DNA of 64,000 nt from an uncultured Chloroflexia bacterium. Lineage in GTDB: Bacteria; Chloroflexota; Limnocylindria; Limnocylindrales; CSP1-4. The first letter of the stretch is position 1. Each line of letters begins with the position of its first letter. Shown here piece by piece: positions 1 through 10,905 of the stretch. The stretch lies in NCBI GenBank assembly GCA_963828165.1, contig CAWHDR010000001.1, forward strand, positions 2,784,001 to 2,848,000. The letters are read 5' to 3'. The notes beneath the pieces were generated by a model. It ran no database searches, was not told where the DNA came from, and saw only the letters and a program-made list of their open reading frames with translations. Position numbers and translations under genes: made by a program.

Positions 1-430
1 TCCGCCGTCCGGTTCGTCGACGGCTCCCTGAAGGCCCAATTGGGCACCCCGGATATGCGACTCCCGATCCAATACGCCATGACCTACCCTGACCGCCGGC
101 CGTCACCGGCAACCCCGCCCGACCTGATCGCGACCGCGACGGCTGGACTTCCGCGCGCCGGACACGGCGCGGTTCCCGGCGTTGCGCATCGCCCGCGAGG
201 CCGGGACCGCCGGCCCGCGCGCCTCGGCCGCGTTGATCGCCGCCGACGACGTGGCCGTCAACCGGTTCCTCGAGGGCTCGCTCGACTTCAACGGGATCCC
301 GCGTCTGCTGGAGGCCGCCGTCGAGCGGTTCGGCGCTGGCGAGGACGAGCCGGACGTCGAGACCCTCATCGCCCTCGATGCGGAGGTACGTGCGGCCTTC
401 GCCACCGGACCGATCGGGAGCGCTCCATGA
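1..430 (+). CDS. dxr: 1-deoxy-D-xylulose-5-phosphate reductoisomerase, 3' end (partial; one extra base at ~137)
   Basis: Frame 1 reads [22 protein letters not shown], then the next frame reads [22 protein letters not shown]...[11 protein letters not shown]. Sits in the dxr-rseP-ispG order, with an ATGA overlap into rseP. Confidence 0.92.
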
Positions 431-1548
431 CCGGGTTCTTCCAATCGATCATCACGGTCGTCCTGTTCCTGGCGATCCTGGGGATCCTGGTCGTCATCCA
501 TGAGCTCGGCCATTTCGTGACCGCACGCCTGGCGAACGTCCGCGTGCTCGAATTCGGGGTTGGCTTCCCACCGCGGGCCAAGGTGCTCCGCGCGAAGGGC
601 GAGACGCTCTACACGCTGAACTGGCTGCCCATCGGTGGCTTCGTGAAGCTCGCCGGCGAGGACGGCAACGATGCGGACGACCCCCGTTCCTTCGCGGCGC
701 AGCGCTGGATCACGAAGATGGTCATCCTCGCGGCGGGCGTCGCCATGAACGTTTTGCTCGCGTTCGTGATCTTCACCGGCATCGCGTGGCTCGCGTCCCC
801 GCTCATGGGCATCCGCTTCCACGAGGTCGTCCCCGGTTCTCCGGCGCAGGCCGCGGGTCTCCAGCCGGGTGACGCGATCGTGGCCGTCGACGGGGAGCGC
901 TACCAGTTCATCGCGGGTCTCACCGTCCTCGATGGCCTGCGTTCGCGGCCCGGAGAGACCGTCGTCCTGACCGTCGACAACGCCGACGGTGCGAGGCGCG
1001 ACGTCACGGTCACCCTGCGCGACCAGGCCGCCATCGACGCGGGCCAGGGCGCTCTCGGGATCTCGCAGGAAGAGAAGCCGTGGGAGGCCTACTTCGATGG
1101 TGCCTCGACCTCGAATCCCTTACCCGACGCGATCGCGATCGGGGCCGAACAGACGGTCGGGGCCCTGGGGCTCATCCTGGGCGGCCTGGGGACGCTCGTG
1201 AGCTCCGTGGCGGCCGATCCGACGGCGCCGCCACCGGTCGCTGGACCGGTCGGCATCGCGACCCAGATCGGTGACGTCTTCTGGAACGCGGGTCCGATCC
1301 TGACCCTGTACGTCGCCGGGATCCTGTCGGCCAACCTGGCGCTGGTCAACATCCTGCCGTTCCCGCCGCTCGACGGCGGCCGGATGCTGATGATCACGCT
1401 CAAGCGGCTCTTCGGCCGGCGCATCAGCCTCCGCGCGGAGCAGCTGACCTACGTCGTCGGGATGGTGTTCCTGTTCGCGTTCATCCTGTGGGTGACCGGC
1501 TACGACATCATCCGCAGCCTCACCGGGGGAACGCTCGGCGCGCCATGA
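427..1548 (+). CDS. rseP: RIP/site-2 membrane metalloprotease (M50) with PDZ domain
   Basis: [20 protein letters not shown]-like [24 protein letters not shown]. Confidence 0.95.
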   Translation: MTGFFQSIITVVLFLAILGILVVIHELGHFVTARLANVRVLEFGVGFPPRAKVLRAKGETLYTLNWLPIGGFVKLAGEDGNDADDPRSFAAQRWITKMVILAAGVAMNVLLAFVIFTGIAWLASPLMGIRFHEVVPGSPAQAAGLQPGDAIVAVDGERYQFIAGLTVLDGLRSRPGETVVLTVDNADGARRDVTVTLRDQAAIDAGQGALGISQEEKPWEAYFDGASTSNPLPDAIAIGAEQTVGALGLILGGLGTLVSSVAADPTAPPPVAGPVGIATQIGDVFWNAGPILTLYVAGILSANLALVNILPFPPLDGGRMLMITLKRLFGRRISLRAEQLTYVVGMVFLFAFILWVTGYDIIRSLTGGTLGAP

Positions 1549-2837
1549 GCTCCCAGGACGCCCTCCGGCCACGACGCAGGCCCACGGTCAGTGTCGACGT
1601 GGGTGGCGTGCTCGTGGGCAGCGCCCACCCGATCGTCGTCCAGTCGATGACGAACACCGACACGGCCGACGCGGACGGGACCGCTATCCAGGTGGCGCGA
1701 CTCGCCCACGCCGGCTCGCAGCTCGTCCGGGTCACCGTCAACACCGAGGAAGCAGCGGCCGCCGTTCCGGAAATGGTCCGCAAGGTGCGCGGCCTGGGCG
1801 TGGACGTGCCGATCATCGGCGACTTCCACTACAACGGGCACAAGCTGCTGGTGGAGTACCCGGAGATGGCCGGGCTGCTGGCGAAGTACCGCATCAACCC
1901 GGGCAACGTGGGCGCCAAGCGCCACGACGAGCATTTCGCGACGATCGTCCGGGTGGCGATCGAGAACGACAGGTCGGTCAGGATCGGCGTCAACTGGGGC
2001 TCGCTCGACCAGGCCATCCTCACCGAGCTGATGGACGCCAACGCCCGGCTGCCCGAGCCGCTCGATTCGCGCGACGTGATGATCGAGGCGATGCTCCAGT
2101 CCGCCCTGCGTTCAGCCGAGCTGGCGGAGGAGACCGGTCTGGGCCATGACCGGATCATCATCAGCGCCAAGGTGTCCGGGGTGCGCGACCTCGTCGACGT
2201 CTACCGGCAGCTCGCCGCCCGCTGCGATTACCCGCTCCACCTGGGCCTGACCGAAGCCGGGATGGGCGACAAGGGCATCATCGCATCGACGGCCGGGCTC
2301 GCGATCCTGCTCAACGAGGGTATCGGGGACACGATCCGGGTGTCCCTGACCCCCGAGCCGGGTGCACCTCGTGAGCGCGAGGTCGAGGTCGCGCAGCAGG
2401 TGCTCCAATCGATGGGTCTCCGCTCGTTCCTGCCCCAGGTCAGCGCCTGCCCGGGCTGTGGCCGCACGACGAGCACGTTCTTCCAGGAGATGGCCCAGCA
2501 GATCCAGGGCTACCTGAAGGAGCGCATGCCGGAGTGGAAGGAGACCCATCCCGGCGCCGAAGAGCTGCGAGTCGCGGTCATGGGCTGCGTCGTGAACGGC
2601 CCGGGCGAGTCCAAGCACGCCGACATCGGGATCAGCCTGCCCGGCACGTTCGAGGAGCCGGTGGCGCCCGTCTTCATCGACGGCAAGCTCGACCGGACGC
2701 TGCGTGGCGACGGTCTCGTCGCCGAGTTCATCGACATCCTCGAGGACTACGTCGCGCGGCGCTATCCGGGCCCCGGCGTGACGGCCACGCCGGCCGCGAC
2801 CGACAAGGACGCCACATCGGTCACGCCCGTCGGCTGA
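1545..2837 (+). CDS. ispG: (E)-4-hydroxy-3-methylbut-2-enyl-diphosphate synthase
   Basis: [54 protein letters not shown]. Confidence 0.97.
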   Translation: MSSQDALRPRRRPTVSVDVGGVLVGSAHPIVVQSMTNTDTADADGTAIQVARLAHAGSQLVRVTVNTEEAAAAVPEMVRKVRGLGVDVPIIGDFHYNGHKLLVEYPEMAGLLAKYRINPGNVGAKRHDEHFATIVRVAIENDRSVRIGVNWGSLDQAILTELMDANARLPEPLDSRDVMIEAMLQSALRSAELAEETGLGHDRIIISAKVSGVRDLVDVYRQLAARCDYPLHLGLTEAGMGDKGIIASTAGLAILLNEGIGDTIRVSLTPEPGAPREREVEVAQQVLQSMGLRSFLPQVSACPGCGRTTSTFFQEMAQQIQGYLKERMPEWKETHPGAEELRVAVMGCVVNGPGESKHADIGISLPGTFEEPVAPVFIDGKLDRTLRGDGLVAEFIDILEDYVARRYPGPGVTATPAATDKDATSVTPVG

Positions 2838-2859
2838 TCGGTTCCCGAGCGGCGGCTGT

Positions 2860-2889
2860 TTGAGCCGTCCACGCGTCCGGGTGTATACT
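2860..2889 (+). promoter_or_regulatory. Putative sigma70 promoter of the nusA-infB operon
   Basis: TTGAGC-18 nt-TATACT. Confidence 0.6.
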
Positions 2890-2914
2890 CCGCGCAACTG
2901 AACGGCCGCTCCGT

Positions 2915-2942
2915 GACGTGGGTGACCCCCGCGTCTTTTTTT
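2915..2942 (+). terminator. rimP-leader-like intrinsic terminator/attenuator in the nusA 5' UTR
   Basis: GACGTGGG-TGACC-CCCGCGTC hairpin plus T7, between the promoter and the nusA SD (GAGGAGG). Confidence 0.75.
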
Positions 2943-2987
2943 CGGACCGGCCGTGATTTGGCATTCTGCGCAGAAGAGGAGGCGATC

Positions 2988-4439
2988 GTGAGTCGAGACT
3001 TCGTGGGCGCCCTCCTCCAGCTCAACGCGGAGAAGCAGGTCTCCCGTGAACAGCTGATCGGGGCCGTCGAAGACGGCATCCAGTCGGCATATCGCCGCGT
3101 CGCCGGCGACGAGGACATCCACGTCCAGATCGACGCCGAATCCGGTCGCATCCGCGTCTATCGCGCCCGCCGCGTCGTCGACGAGATCGAGGACGAGATG
3201 ACCGAGATCACGGTCGACGAGGCGCGCAAGCACCTGGCCGAGGCCAAGGTGGGCGACATGGTCGAGACCGAGCAGCTCGACGGCGACGTCTTCGGCAGGA
3301 TCGGCGCGCAGACCGCCAAGCAGATCGTCCTCCAGCGCATCCGCGAGGTCGAGCGCGACCAGGTCTTCGACCAGTTCGCCAGTCGCGAGGGCGAGCTCAT
3401 CACGGGCACGGTGAATCGAGTCGAGCCACGGGCGATCATCCTCGACGTCGGCAAGATGGTCGAGGCCATCCTCGCCACGACCGAGCAGAGCGCCCTGGAG
3501 CACTATCGAATCGGGCAGAACGTCAAGGCGTTCGTGCTCGAGGTGCGCCGGTCCGTGCGCGGGCCACAGATCTTCGTGAGCCGCACGCACAAGGGCTTCC
3601 TCCGCCGCCTGTTCGAGCTCGAGGTCCCCGAGATCCACAGCGGCACGGTCGAGATCAAGGCCATCGCCCGTGAGGCGGGCAGCCGCTCGAAGGTCGCCGT
3701 GTCGTCGCGCCAGGATGGCCTCGATCCCGTGGGGGCGACCGTCGGACAGCGTGGCGCGCGCGTCCAGGCCGTGGTCGCGGAGCTCGCCGGCGAGAAGATC
3801 GACGTCATCCCGTGGAGCGACGACGCCGGCGTGTTCGTCGCCAACGCGCTGAGCCCGGCACAGGTCCTCTCGGTGGACATCGACGAGGAGCACCGCATCG
3901 CGTCCGTGACCGTGCCCGAGCGGATGCTCTCGCTGGCGATCGGCCGCGAGGGGCAGAACGCCCGGCTGGCCGCGCGACTGACCGGTTGGCGGATCGACAT
4001 CCGGAGCGACGTGTCCGTGGCCGAAGCCAAGGCCGCCGCCGACGCACCCGCCGTGACCGAGCCGGTTGCCACTGACGGCGTCGAAACCGAGGCGCCCGCC
4101 GAGGATGCCGCAGCTGCGGCCAAGCCGAAGCGCGCGACGAAGGCGAAGACCGCCGTCGCAGATGGCGAGGGCGAGGGCGACGCAGCGGCAGCCGTAGCCA
4201 CGATCGAGGCCAAGCCCAAGAAGGCTGCCGCGAAGCCCAAGGTCGCCGCTACCAAGACCACGGCAGCTTCCAAAACAACGACTACGGCCAAGACTGCGGC
4301 TGCGAAGCCCAAGGCCGCGGCCTCCAAGGCGAAGGCCGCTGCAACCGCATCCGAAACCGCCGCCAAGCCAAAGCGGGCGACCAAGAAGACCGCCGAGGCC
4401 GACGCCGACGCTCCCGCCGCCGAGGAGGTGGCGTCGTAG
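2988..4439 (+). CDS. nusA: Transcription factor NusA with ~140-aa Ala/Lys-rich C-terminal tail
   Basis: FGRIGAQTAKQ, S1 domain, AREAGSRSKVAV, SLAIGREGQNARLAARLTGWRIDI; GTG start after GAGGAGG. Confidence 0.97.
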   Translation: MSRDFVGALLQLNAEKQVSREQLIGAVEDGIQSAYRRVAGDEDIHVQIDAESGRIRVYRARRVVDEIEDEMTEITVDEARKHLAEAKVGDMVETEQLDGDVFGRIGAQTAKQIVLQRIREVERDQVFDQFASREGELITGTVNRVEPRAIILDVGKMVEAILATTEQSALEHYRIGQNVKAFVLEVRRSVRGPQIFVSRTHKGFLRRLFELEVPEIHSGTVEIKAIAREAGSRSKVAVSSRQDGLDPVGATVGQRGARVQAVVAELAGEKIDVIPWSDDAGVFVANALSPAQVLSVDIDEEHRIASVTVPERMLSLAIGREGQNARLAARLTGWRIDIRSDVSVAEAKAAADAPAVTEPVATDGVETEAPAEDAAAAAKPKRATKAKTAVADGEGEGDAAAAVATIEAKPKKAAAKPKVAATKTTAASKTTTTAKTAAAKPKAAASKAKAAATASETAAKPKRATKKTAEADADAPAAEEVAS

Positions 4440-4498
4440 CCCCGGCCGCGCGACCGGCGGCGAGGTCGGCCAGCACGCCGCGCCGGACGCCGGCCCGG

Positions 4499-4771
4499 AT
4501 GTGCGTGGCTTGCCGGACCTCGCGCCCCAAGCGCGAGCTGCAGCGCATCGTCCGCACCCCGGAGCGTGACGTCGTGTTCGATCCCAGCGGACGGCTGGCC
4601 GGCCGTGGCGCCTACGTGTGCCAGGACCCGGTCTGCCTCGAAACCGCCATCAAGAAAGGCGCCCTGGCACGGGCGCTCGAGACCCCGCTCCCGGCCACGT
4701 TCCTCGAGGCCGTGACATCGGGAGCGATCACCACGAACACCGCACAAGGAGGAGCCCGTGGCCAGGAGTAG
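4499..4771 (+). CDS. ylxR: YlxR/RnpM family RNA-binding protein (true start probably upstream, ~4436)
   Basis: RMCVACR...KRELQRIVR...GRGAYVC; located between nusA and infB. Confidence 0.9.
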   Translation: MCVACRTSRPKRELQRIVRTPERDVVFDPSGRLAGRGAYVCQDPVCLETAIKKGALARALETPLPATFLEAVTSGAITTNTAQGGARGQE

Positions 4772-6665
4772 GAGCGGCACCCGCGGCCGACGCGGCCCCC
4801 GCAAGCCGCCGCGTCGCGACGGAGGACTCGCATCGCAGGTCCAGACGATCGATCCGAGCGAGCGCGGCGCGATCGAGCTGCCCGGAACCATCACCGTCAA
4901 GGAGCTCGCGGAGCTGCTGACGGTCAACGTCGCGGACATCATCCGCGAGCTGATCAAGAGCGGCATCTTCGCCACGATCAACCAGCTGATCGACCGCGAC
5001 ACGGCGTCCCTCGTCGCGTCCGAGCTCGGCTACGAGGTGGCCGAGACGATCGCCGCGTCGACGAACGGGACAGGACCGGACGGTGAGGCCGAGGGCCCCG
5101 CACCCGAGGCCACCAAGGAGTCCCTCTTCGACGAGGACGATACGGCGGCGCTCCAGCCGCGCCCCCCGATCGTCACCGTGATGGGCCACGTCGACCACGG
5201 CAAGACGAGCCTGCTCGACGCCCTGCGCTCGACCGAGGTCGCGGCCGGGGAACGTGGCGGCATCACGCAGCACATCGGCGCGAGCGAGATCGACCACGAT
5301 GGCAAGCGCGTCGTCTTCCTCGATACCCCTGGTCACGAGGCCTTCACCGCGATGCGCGCCCGCGGCGCCCGCGTCACCGACATCGCGATCATCGTGGTCG
5401 CGGCGGACGACGGCGTCATGCCCCAGACGCTCGAGGCGATCGCCCACGCGAAGGCGGCCAAGGTCCCGATCATCATCGCGCTCAACAAGATCGACAAGCC
5501 CGACGCGGACCCCGTGCGGGTGAAGACCGAGCTGACCGAGGCCGGCGTCGTGATCGAGGAGTACGGCGGCGATGTGCCGCTCGTGGCGGTCTCTGCCAAG
5601 AGCCGCCAGGGCCTCGACGAGCTCATCGAGATGGTCCTGCTCGTGTCGGACCTCCAGGAGCTCAAGGCCAACCCCGATCGGCCCGCGATCGGCACGATCG
5701 TCGAGGCGCAGATGGACAAGAGCCGCGGCGCGGTCGCCACGGCCCTGGTCCAGACGGGCACCCTCAAGGTCGGCGACATCATCGTCGTGGGCGAGACCTT
5801 CGGCCGGGTGCGCGCGCTCGAGAATGACCGAGGCAAGCGCGTCAAGGAGGCGGGTCCGGCCAGCGCCGTCGTCATCCTCGGCCTTTCGGAGGTCCCGGAG
5901 GCGGGTGACATCCTGCGCGTGGCGGCCGACGACAAGGAAGCCCGCACGATGGTCGAACAGCGCAAGGCCACCGTCGCCGCGAAGGGTGGGGAGGGGAGCG
6001 GTCGCGCCACCCTCGAAGACCTCTACCGACAGATCCAGGCGGGCCAGGCCAAGGAGCTGCGCATCATCCTCAAGGCCGACGTCTCGGGCTCGCTGGGCGC
6101 GATCACGCATGCGCTCGAGCAGCTCGACCAGGATGAGGTCCGGATCAACGTGCTCCACGAGGCGGCCGGCGACATCACCGACAACGACATCATGCTTGCC
6201 ACGGCGTCGGACGCGATCATCGTCGGGTTCAGCACGAACATCACCGAGACGGCCCGCCGGGCCGCCGAGGCCGAGGGTGTCGACGTCCGGATGTACGACA
6301 TCATCTACAAGCTCACCGACGACATCGACGCAGCGCTCAAGGGCCTGCTCGAGCCGGTCGTCGTGGAGGTCGTGGAAGGCCGGGCGGAAGTCCGCCAGGT
6401 GATCAGGGTCGGGAAGAACACCCAGATCGCCGGGTCGTACGTCACGGACGGTCGGATCGTCCGCGGTGGCGCCCGTATCTGGCGCAACGGCAAGGTCGTC
6501 GCGACCGACCGGATCGAATCGCTGCGGCGCTTCCGCGACGACGTCCGCGAGGTCCAGGCGAACTACGAGTGCGGCATCGGGCTGGCCAGCTTCCACGACC
6601 TGGAGGAGGGCGACATCATCGAGTGCTTCACGTCCCAGACCGTCACTCGCGCGCCGTCCAACTAG
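4758..6665 (+). CDS. infB: Translation initiation factor IF-2 (short N-terminus)
   Basis: [41 protein letters not shown]. Confidence 0.98.
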   Translation: MARSRSGTRGRRGPRKPPRRDGGLASQVQTIDPSERGAIELPGTITVKELAELLTVNVADIIRELIKSGIFATINQLIDRDTASLVASELGYEVAETIAASTNGTGPDGEAEGPAPEATKESLFDEDDTAALQPRPPIVTVMGHVDHGKTSLLDALRSTEVAAGERGGITQHIGASEIDHDGKRVVFLDTPGHEAFTAMRARGARVTDIAIIVVAADDGVMPQTLEAIAHAKAAKVPIIIALNKIDKPDADPVRVKTELTEAGVVIEEYGGDVPLVAVSAKSRQGLDELIEMVLLVSDLQELKANPDRPAIGTIVEAQMDKSRGAVATALVQTGTLKVGDIIVVGETFGRVRALENDRGKRVKEAGPASAVVILGLSEVPEAGDILRVAADDKEARTMVEQRKATVAAKGGEGSGRATLEDLYRQIQAGQAKELRIILKADVSGSLGAITHALEQLDQDEVRINVLHEAAGDITDNDIMLATASDAIIVGFSTNITETARRAAEAEGVDVRMYDIIYKLTDDIDAALKGLLEPVVVEVVEGRAEVRQVIRVGKNTQIAGSYVTDGRIVRGGARIWRNGKVVATDRIESLRRFRDDVREVQANYECGIGLASFHDLEEGDIIECFTSQTVTRAPSN

Positions 6666-6673
6666 GCCGGGCC

Positions 6674-7216
6674 GTGACCCAGCGAACGGACCGAGTCGAC
6701 GAGCTCTTGCGGCAGGAGATCGGGGCCATCGTCACGCGCGATGTCGCCGATCCGCGCATCGGCTTCGTGACGATCACGAAGGTCGAGACGACACCGGACC
6801 TGCGCCACGCCAAGGTCTGGATCAGCGTCATCGGCCAGCCGACCGAACGTCGCGGGACCGTCGCAGCCCTGCAGCGGGCGATGCCGTTCGTCCGTCACGA
6901 GCTGGGTCGCTCTCTGCGGATCAAGCGCATCCCGGACCTGCACGTCCATCTCGATGACACGGCCGAACGCGGCACGCGCGTCCTGCAGCTTCTCAACGAG
7001 CTGGGAGCCGGTGCCGCCCCCGAGGGTGATCTGCCGCTCGGCGAGACGCTCCCGACCCCGGTCCAGCGTGTCCATCATGAGGGCGACGAGCCCGACGAGC
7101 CGCCGTCCGCGGTGATCCCGCCCAAGCCACGTGCCCGTCGACGCACGGGGCCCAAGCCCGGCGGCATGCCCGCATCCAGGCCGGGGTCGAAGCCCAGACC
7201 GGGAAGGCGCCGATGA
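6674..7216 (+). CDS. rbfA: Ribosome-binding factor A with Pro/Arg-rich tail
   Basis: RTDRVDELLRQEI...DPRIGFVTITKV..TPDLRHAKVW...RIPDLHVHLD. Confidence 0.95.
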   Translation: MTQRTDRVDELLRQEIGAIVTRDVADPRIGFVTITKVETTPDLRHAKVWISVIGQPTERRGTVAALQRAMPFVRHELGRSLRIKRIPDLHVHLDDTAERGTRVLQLLNELGAGAAPEGDLPLGETLPTPVQRVHHEGDEPDEPPSAVIPPKPRARRRTGPKPGGMPASRPGSKPRPGRRR

Positions 7217-8232
7217 GCATCGATCTGGGCCCCTACCTCGACGCGGTGCCCCACACGGTCGTCGAGCGGTTGCGCAGCGCCCGTCGCGTGCTGGCCGTGG
7301 GTCACGAGAACCCCGATGCCGACACCCTCGGGGCGACGCTCGGCATCGTCCGGATCGTCGAAACGCTCGGGGGTACGGCCGACCCGGTCTGCACGGACCC
7401 GGTCCCCCCGCTCTACGACTTCCTGGCGGGAGTCGAGCGCGTCCGAACGGACCCGGACCCGGCGACGCCGTACGACCTGCTCGTCGTGTCCGATTGCGGC
7501 TCGCTCGACCGGATCGGCGACGTTCGTGGACGTCACGCGGAGCTGTTCGAGCGGCTGCCACGCGTCGTCATCGACCACCACGCCTCGAATGATGCGGCGG
7601 GCGAGACCGATTGGATCGAACCGCACGCCGCCGCGACCTGCGAGATGGTCGCCCTCCTGGCGGCCCGCGTGGGCGTGCCGCTGGACATCGGGGGTGGGGC
7701 CATGGCTGCTGCCCTGATGGCCGGCATCGTCATGGACACCGCCACGTTCGCCCACCCGAATGCGACGCCTCGGACCCTGGCCGTTTCGGCAGCGTTGGTC
7801 GAGGCCGGCGCGCCGCTGTCCGACATCTCGCGCCGGCTGTATCGATCGAAGCCCGCGGCGCAGCTTCGGCTGTTCGGGCGCGTGCTCGATCGACTCGACT
7901 CGGTCGACGGCGGCCGCGTCATCCATTCGACCCTGCTCGACGCGGACCTCGCCGCGACGGGCACGCTGGCGCCGCAATCCGAGGGGATCATCGACCTCCT
8001 GGCCCAGGCCGATGAGGCCGAGGTGGCGATCCTGTTCAAGGAAGCCGGCGACGCGACGCGGATCAGCGTCCGGACGAAGCCCGGGGGAGTCGATGCCACC
8101 GTGCTGACCGGGACGTTCGGTGGGGGCGGGCACGCCCGGGCGGCCGGGGCGACCGTGGACCTCCCCGTGGACCGGGCACGGACCGCGGTCCTCGCCGAGG
8201 CGGACCGTCTCGCCGCCGAGGTCGCGCGCTGA
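7213..8232 (+). CDS. nrnA: DHH/DHHA1 phosphoesterase (NrnA-like nanoRNase/pAp phosphatase)
   Basis: HENPDADTLG, VIDHH, DT, FGGGGHARAAG. Confidence 0.85.
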   Translation: MSIDLGPYLDAVPHTVVERLRSARRVLAVGHENPDADTLGATLGIVRIVETLGGTADPVCTDPVPPLYDFLAGVERVRTDPDPATPYDLLVVSDCGSLDRIGDVRGRHAELFERLPRVVIDHHASNDAAGETDWIEPHAAATCEMVALLAARVGVPLDIGGGAMAAALMAGIVMDTATFAHPNATPRTLAVSAALVEAGAPLSDISRRLYRSKPAAQLRLFGRVLDRLDSVDGGRVIHSTLLDADLAATGTLAPQSEGIIDLLAQADEAEVAILFKEAGDATRISVRTKPGGVDATVLTGTFGGGGHARAAGATVDLPVDRARTAVLAEADRLAAEVAR

Positions 8233-8234
8233 CC

Positions 8235-9188
8235 GTGGCCCACAAATCCCTGGGACCCGGCCTCGACGGCATCCTGGTGGTCGATAAGCCGATCGGTCCG
8301 ACCTCGCACGACGTCGTCGGCCTCGTGCGCCGGCTCGCCGCGACCAGGCGCGTCGGCCACGGTGGCACGCTGGATCCGTTCGCCTCAGGGGTGCTCCCGC
8401 TGTTCCTTGGCCGCGGCACGCGCGTCGTGGAGTTCCACATGGCCGATCGCAAACGCTACCGCGCCACGGTCTGCTTCGGCGCCTCGTCCTCGACCGACGA
8501 CCTCGAGGGCGAGCTCACGCCCGCTATCGGTCCGGCGCCGACGCGCGAGGAGACCGAGACGGCCCTGGCCGGACTGACGGGTCCGATCTCGCAGCGCCCG
8601 CCGGCGTACTCGGCCATCAAGGTGGGCGGCCGGCGTGCCTACGCGATGGCGCGTGCCGGTGAGGCGGTAAAGCTGGCGGAGCGGCAGGTCAGCATCCACG
8701 AGCTCTCACTCGTGTCGTGGGACGGCACGGACTCGGAGCGCCCGATCGCGGTTCTGGATATTGCCTGCTCGGCCGGAACGTACGTTCGTGCGTTGGCCCG
8801 CGATCTCGGGGAGCGACTCGGGAGCGCGGCCTACCTGGGTGCGCTGCGACGAACGGCGGCCGGCCCGTTCCCCGAGACCGATGCCATCCCACTCGATACC
8901 GTCCGTGCGGCAGCCGCCGACGATCCGGCCGCGATCGCCCGCTTGTTGCGACCGATCGATACGGGCCTCGACCGCTTTCCCGACGTCGCACTGACGTCGC
9001 CGGAGCTCGACGCGGTCGCTCGCGGCCAGTTCATCCGCCCGTCGGCGGGCTTCGAACCCGGCGCGGAGCGCTACCGGCTGCGGGCGCCGGACGGCTCCCT
9101 TGCAGCCGTGGCCATCGAAGCCCCGCACGGCCGGCTGGCACCCGACAAGGTCCTCGTGACGCCGGCCGGATCGGCCGCCCCGGCCTGA
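8235..9188 (+). CDS. truB: tRNA pseudouridine(55) synthase
   Basis: DKPIGPTSHDVV, GHGGTLDPFASGVL, PPAYSAIKVGG, CSAGTYVRALARDLG. Confidence 0.97.
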   Translation: MAHKSLGPGLDGILVVDKPIGPTSHDVVGLVRRLAATRRVGHGGTLDPFASGVLPLFLGRGTRVVEFHMADRKRYRATVCFGASSSTDDLEGELTPAIGPAPTREETETALAGLTGPISQRPPAYSAIKVGGRRAYAMARAGEAVKLAERQVSIHELSLVSWDGTDSERPIAVLDIACSAGTYVRALARDLGERLGSAAYLGALRRTAAGPFPETDAIPLDTVRAAAADDPAAIARLLRPIDTGLDRFPDVALTSPELDAVARGQFIRPSAGFEPGAERYRLRAPDGSLAAVAIEAPHGRLAPDKVLVTPAGSAAPA

Positions 9189-9931
9189 TGGACGTCGTCG
9201 CCGGGGTCGACGGGCTGCGGGCCGAGCACGGTCCGATCTTCGCGGTCGTTGGCGTCTTCGATGGCTTGCATCGCGGTCACGCCTACCTCCTCGAGCATCT
9301 CGTCAGCGGGGCCGAGCGCCGCTCGGCGCAACCGACCGTCATCACGTTCGACGCCCATCCGGATGAGGTCCTCACCGGCTCGGCGCCGCCGCTGCTGATC
9401 CATCCCGACGAACGACTCGAGCGCCTGGCGGCGGCTGGCGTCACGCTCACCGTCGTCCAGCATTTCGACGAGGCCGTACGACAGACACCCTACGACGTGT
9501 TTGTCGGACGGATCGAGGCTGCGACGTCCCTCGCCGGTCTGCTCATGACCCCGGACGCGGCCTTCGGGTTCGAGCGGCGCGGGACGCCGGACGCGCTCGC
9601 CGTGCTGGGTCGTGAGCGCGGCTTCGACGTCGTCGTGGTGCCTCCGTTCAGCCTCGACGGCCGCGCGGTCCGAAGCTCTGACATCCGGAGAGTGATCGCG
9701 TCGGGGGACCTGGCCGGCGCCGAGGAGCTGCTGGGCCGTCCGGTGACACTTCGAGGCACGTCGCGTGACGGGACGATCGATCTCGGGTGGCCGATGGCAT
9801 TGCCCCCTGACGGCGACTACCCGTGCCTCGTCGATGGCACCCAGGACCAGCTCACGATCCGCGGCGGCGAGGCCCGACTGGCGAGATCACCGGCCGATGC
9901 CCGTACCGTCCTGGTGCAGCTGCTCGCCTAA
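9188..9931 (+). CDS. ribF: RibF-like FAD synthetase (FMN adenylyltransferase domain; kinase domain reduced)
   Basis: [30 protein letters not shown]; only 247 aa with no PTAN motif. Confidence 0.85.
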   Translation: MDVVAGVDGLRAEHGPIFAVVGVFDGLHRGHAYLLEHLVSGAERRSAQPTVITFDAHPDEVLTGSAPPLLIHPDERLERLAAAGVTLTVVQHFDEAVRQTPYDVFVGRIEAATSLAGLLMTPDAAFGFERRGTPDALAVLGRERGFDVVVVPPFSLDGRAVRSSDIRRVIASGDLAGAEELLGRPVTLRGTSRDGTIDLGWPMALPPDGDYPCLVDGTQDQLTIRGGEARLARSPADARTVLVQLLA

Positions 9932-10491
9932 AGTCCCGGCTGCCAGAGCGGCTCGTCCGCACCCCGCTCGTGGTTCTCGTAGCGGGCCATCACGAACAAT
10001 GCGTCGGACAGGCGGTTGAGGTAGGGGAGCACCCACTCGCCGATGGGCTCGTCCCGGGCCAGCGTGATGGTCTCCCGCTCGGCACGGCGGCACACGGTCC
10101 GGGCGACATGGAGCTGCGCGGCACCGGCCGATCCCCCGGGGAGCACGAAGTTCGTCAGCGGCCCGACGACGGCGTTGAACTCGTCGATGAGGCGCTCGAG
10201 GTTCTCGACGTGGTGCGGCTGGACGGTCGGGATCGCGCCGCGGCGCTCGTCGTCGTCGGGCCAGCACAGGTCGGAGCCGAGGTCGAACAACTCGTTCTGG
10301 ATCCGCCGGAGCTCGTCTGCCAGGCGCGCGGTCAGGCCCAGGGCCAGCGCCACGCCGATCGTCGAGTTGAGCTCGTCGACCGTGCCGTAGGCGCGCACCC
10401 GAGCCGAGTCCTTGGACACCCGGCGTCCGCCACCGAGACCGGTCATCCCTTCGTCGCCGGTCTTCGTGTAGATCTTGGTCAGTCGCGGCAT
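9928..10491 (-). CDS. pduO: PduO-type ATP:cob(I)alamin adenosyltransferase
   Basis: [47 protein letters not shown]. Confidence 0.93.
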   Translation of the reverse strand: MPRLTKIYTKTGDEGMTGLGGGRRVSKDSARVRAYGTVDELNSTIGVALALGLTARLADELRRIQNELFDLGSDLCWPDDDERRGAIPTVQPHHVENLERLIDEFNAVVGPLTNFVLPGGSAGAAQLHVARTVCRRAERETITLARDEPIGEWVLPYLNRLSDALFVMARYENHERGADEPLWQPGL

Positions 10492-10635
10492 GCGATCGAT
10501 CGTACCCGACGTCTTCGCGGCTGGCACCAGGACCTCACCACGAGCGGTGATCGTTTGCCGCAATCCCGGCGGCCTGCTAACATCCGCCGGTCATAGATGG
10601 AAGAACATCAAGCACAGATCGTGTCGGAGGACCGA

Positions 10636-10905
10636 GTGCCGCTCGCGCGGGAACAGAAGCAGGAGATCATCACCGGGTATGCCACCAAGGAAGGTGACAC
10701 CGGTTCGCCCGAAGTCCAGGTCGCGCTCCTTACCGAGCGGATCGCGGAACTGACCGGGCATCTTCGCAGCTTCCCCAAGGACAACCATTCGCGCCGCGGC
10801 CTCCTCAAGCTCGTCGGCCAGCGCCGTCGCCTTCTCGCCTACCTGATGAAGAAGGACAGCGCGCGCTACCGGACCGTCATCGGACGGCTCGGGCTCCGCC
10901 GCTAG
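10636..10905 (+). CDS. rpsO: 30S ribosomal protein S15
   Basis: [13 protein letters not shown]...[23 protein letters not shown]; SD GGAGG. Confidence 0.98.
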   Translation: MPLAREQKQEIITGYATKEGDTGSPEVQVALLTERIAELTGHLRSFPKDNHSRRGLLKLVGQRRRLLAYLMKKDSARYRTVIGRLGLRR

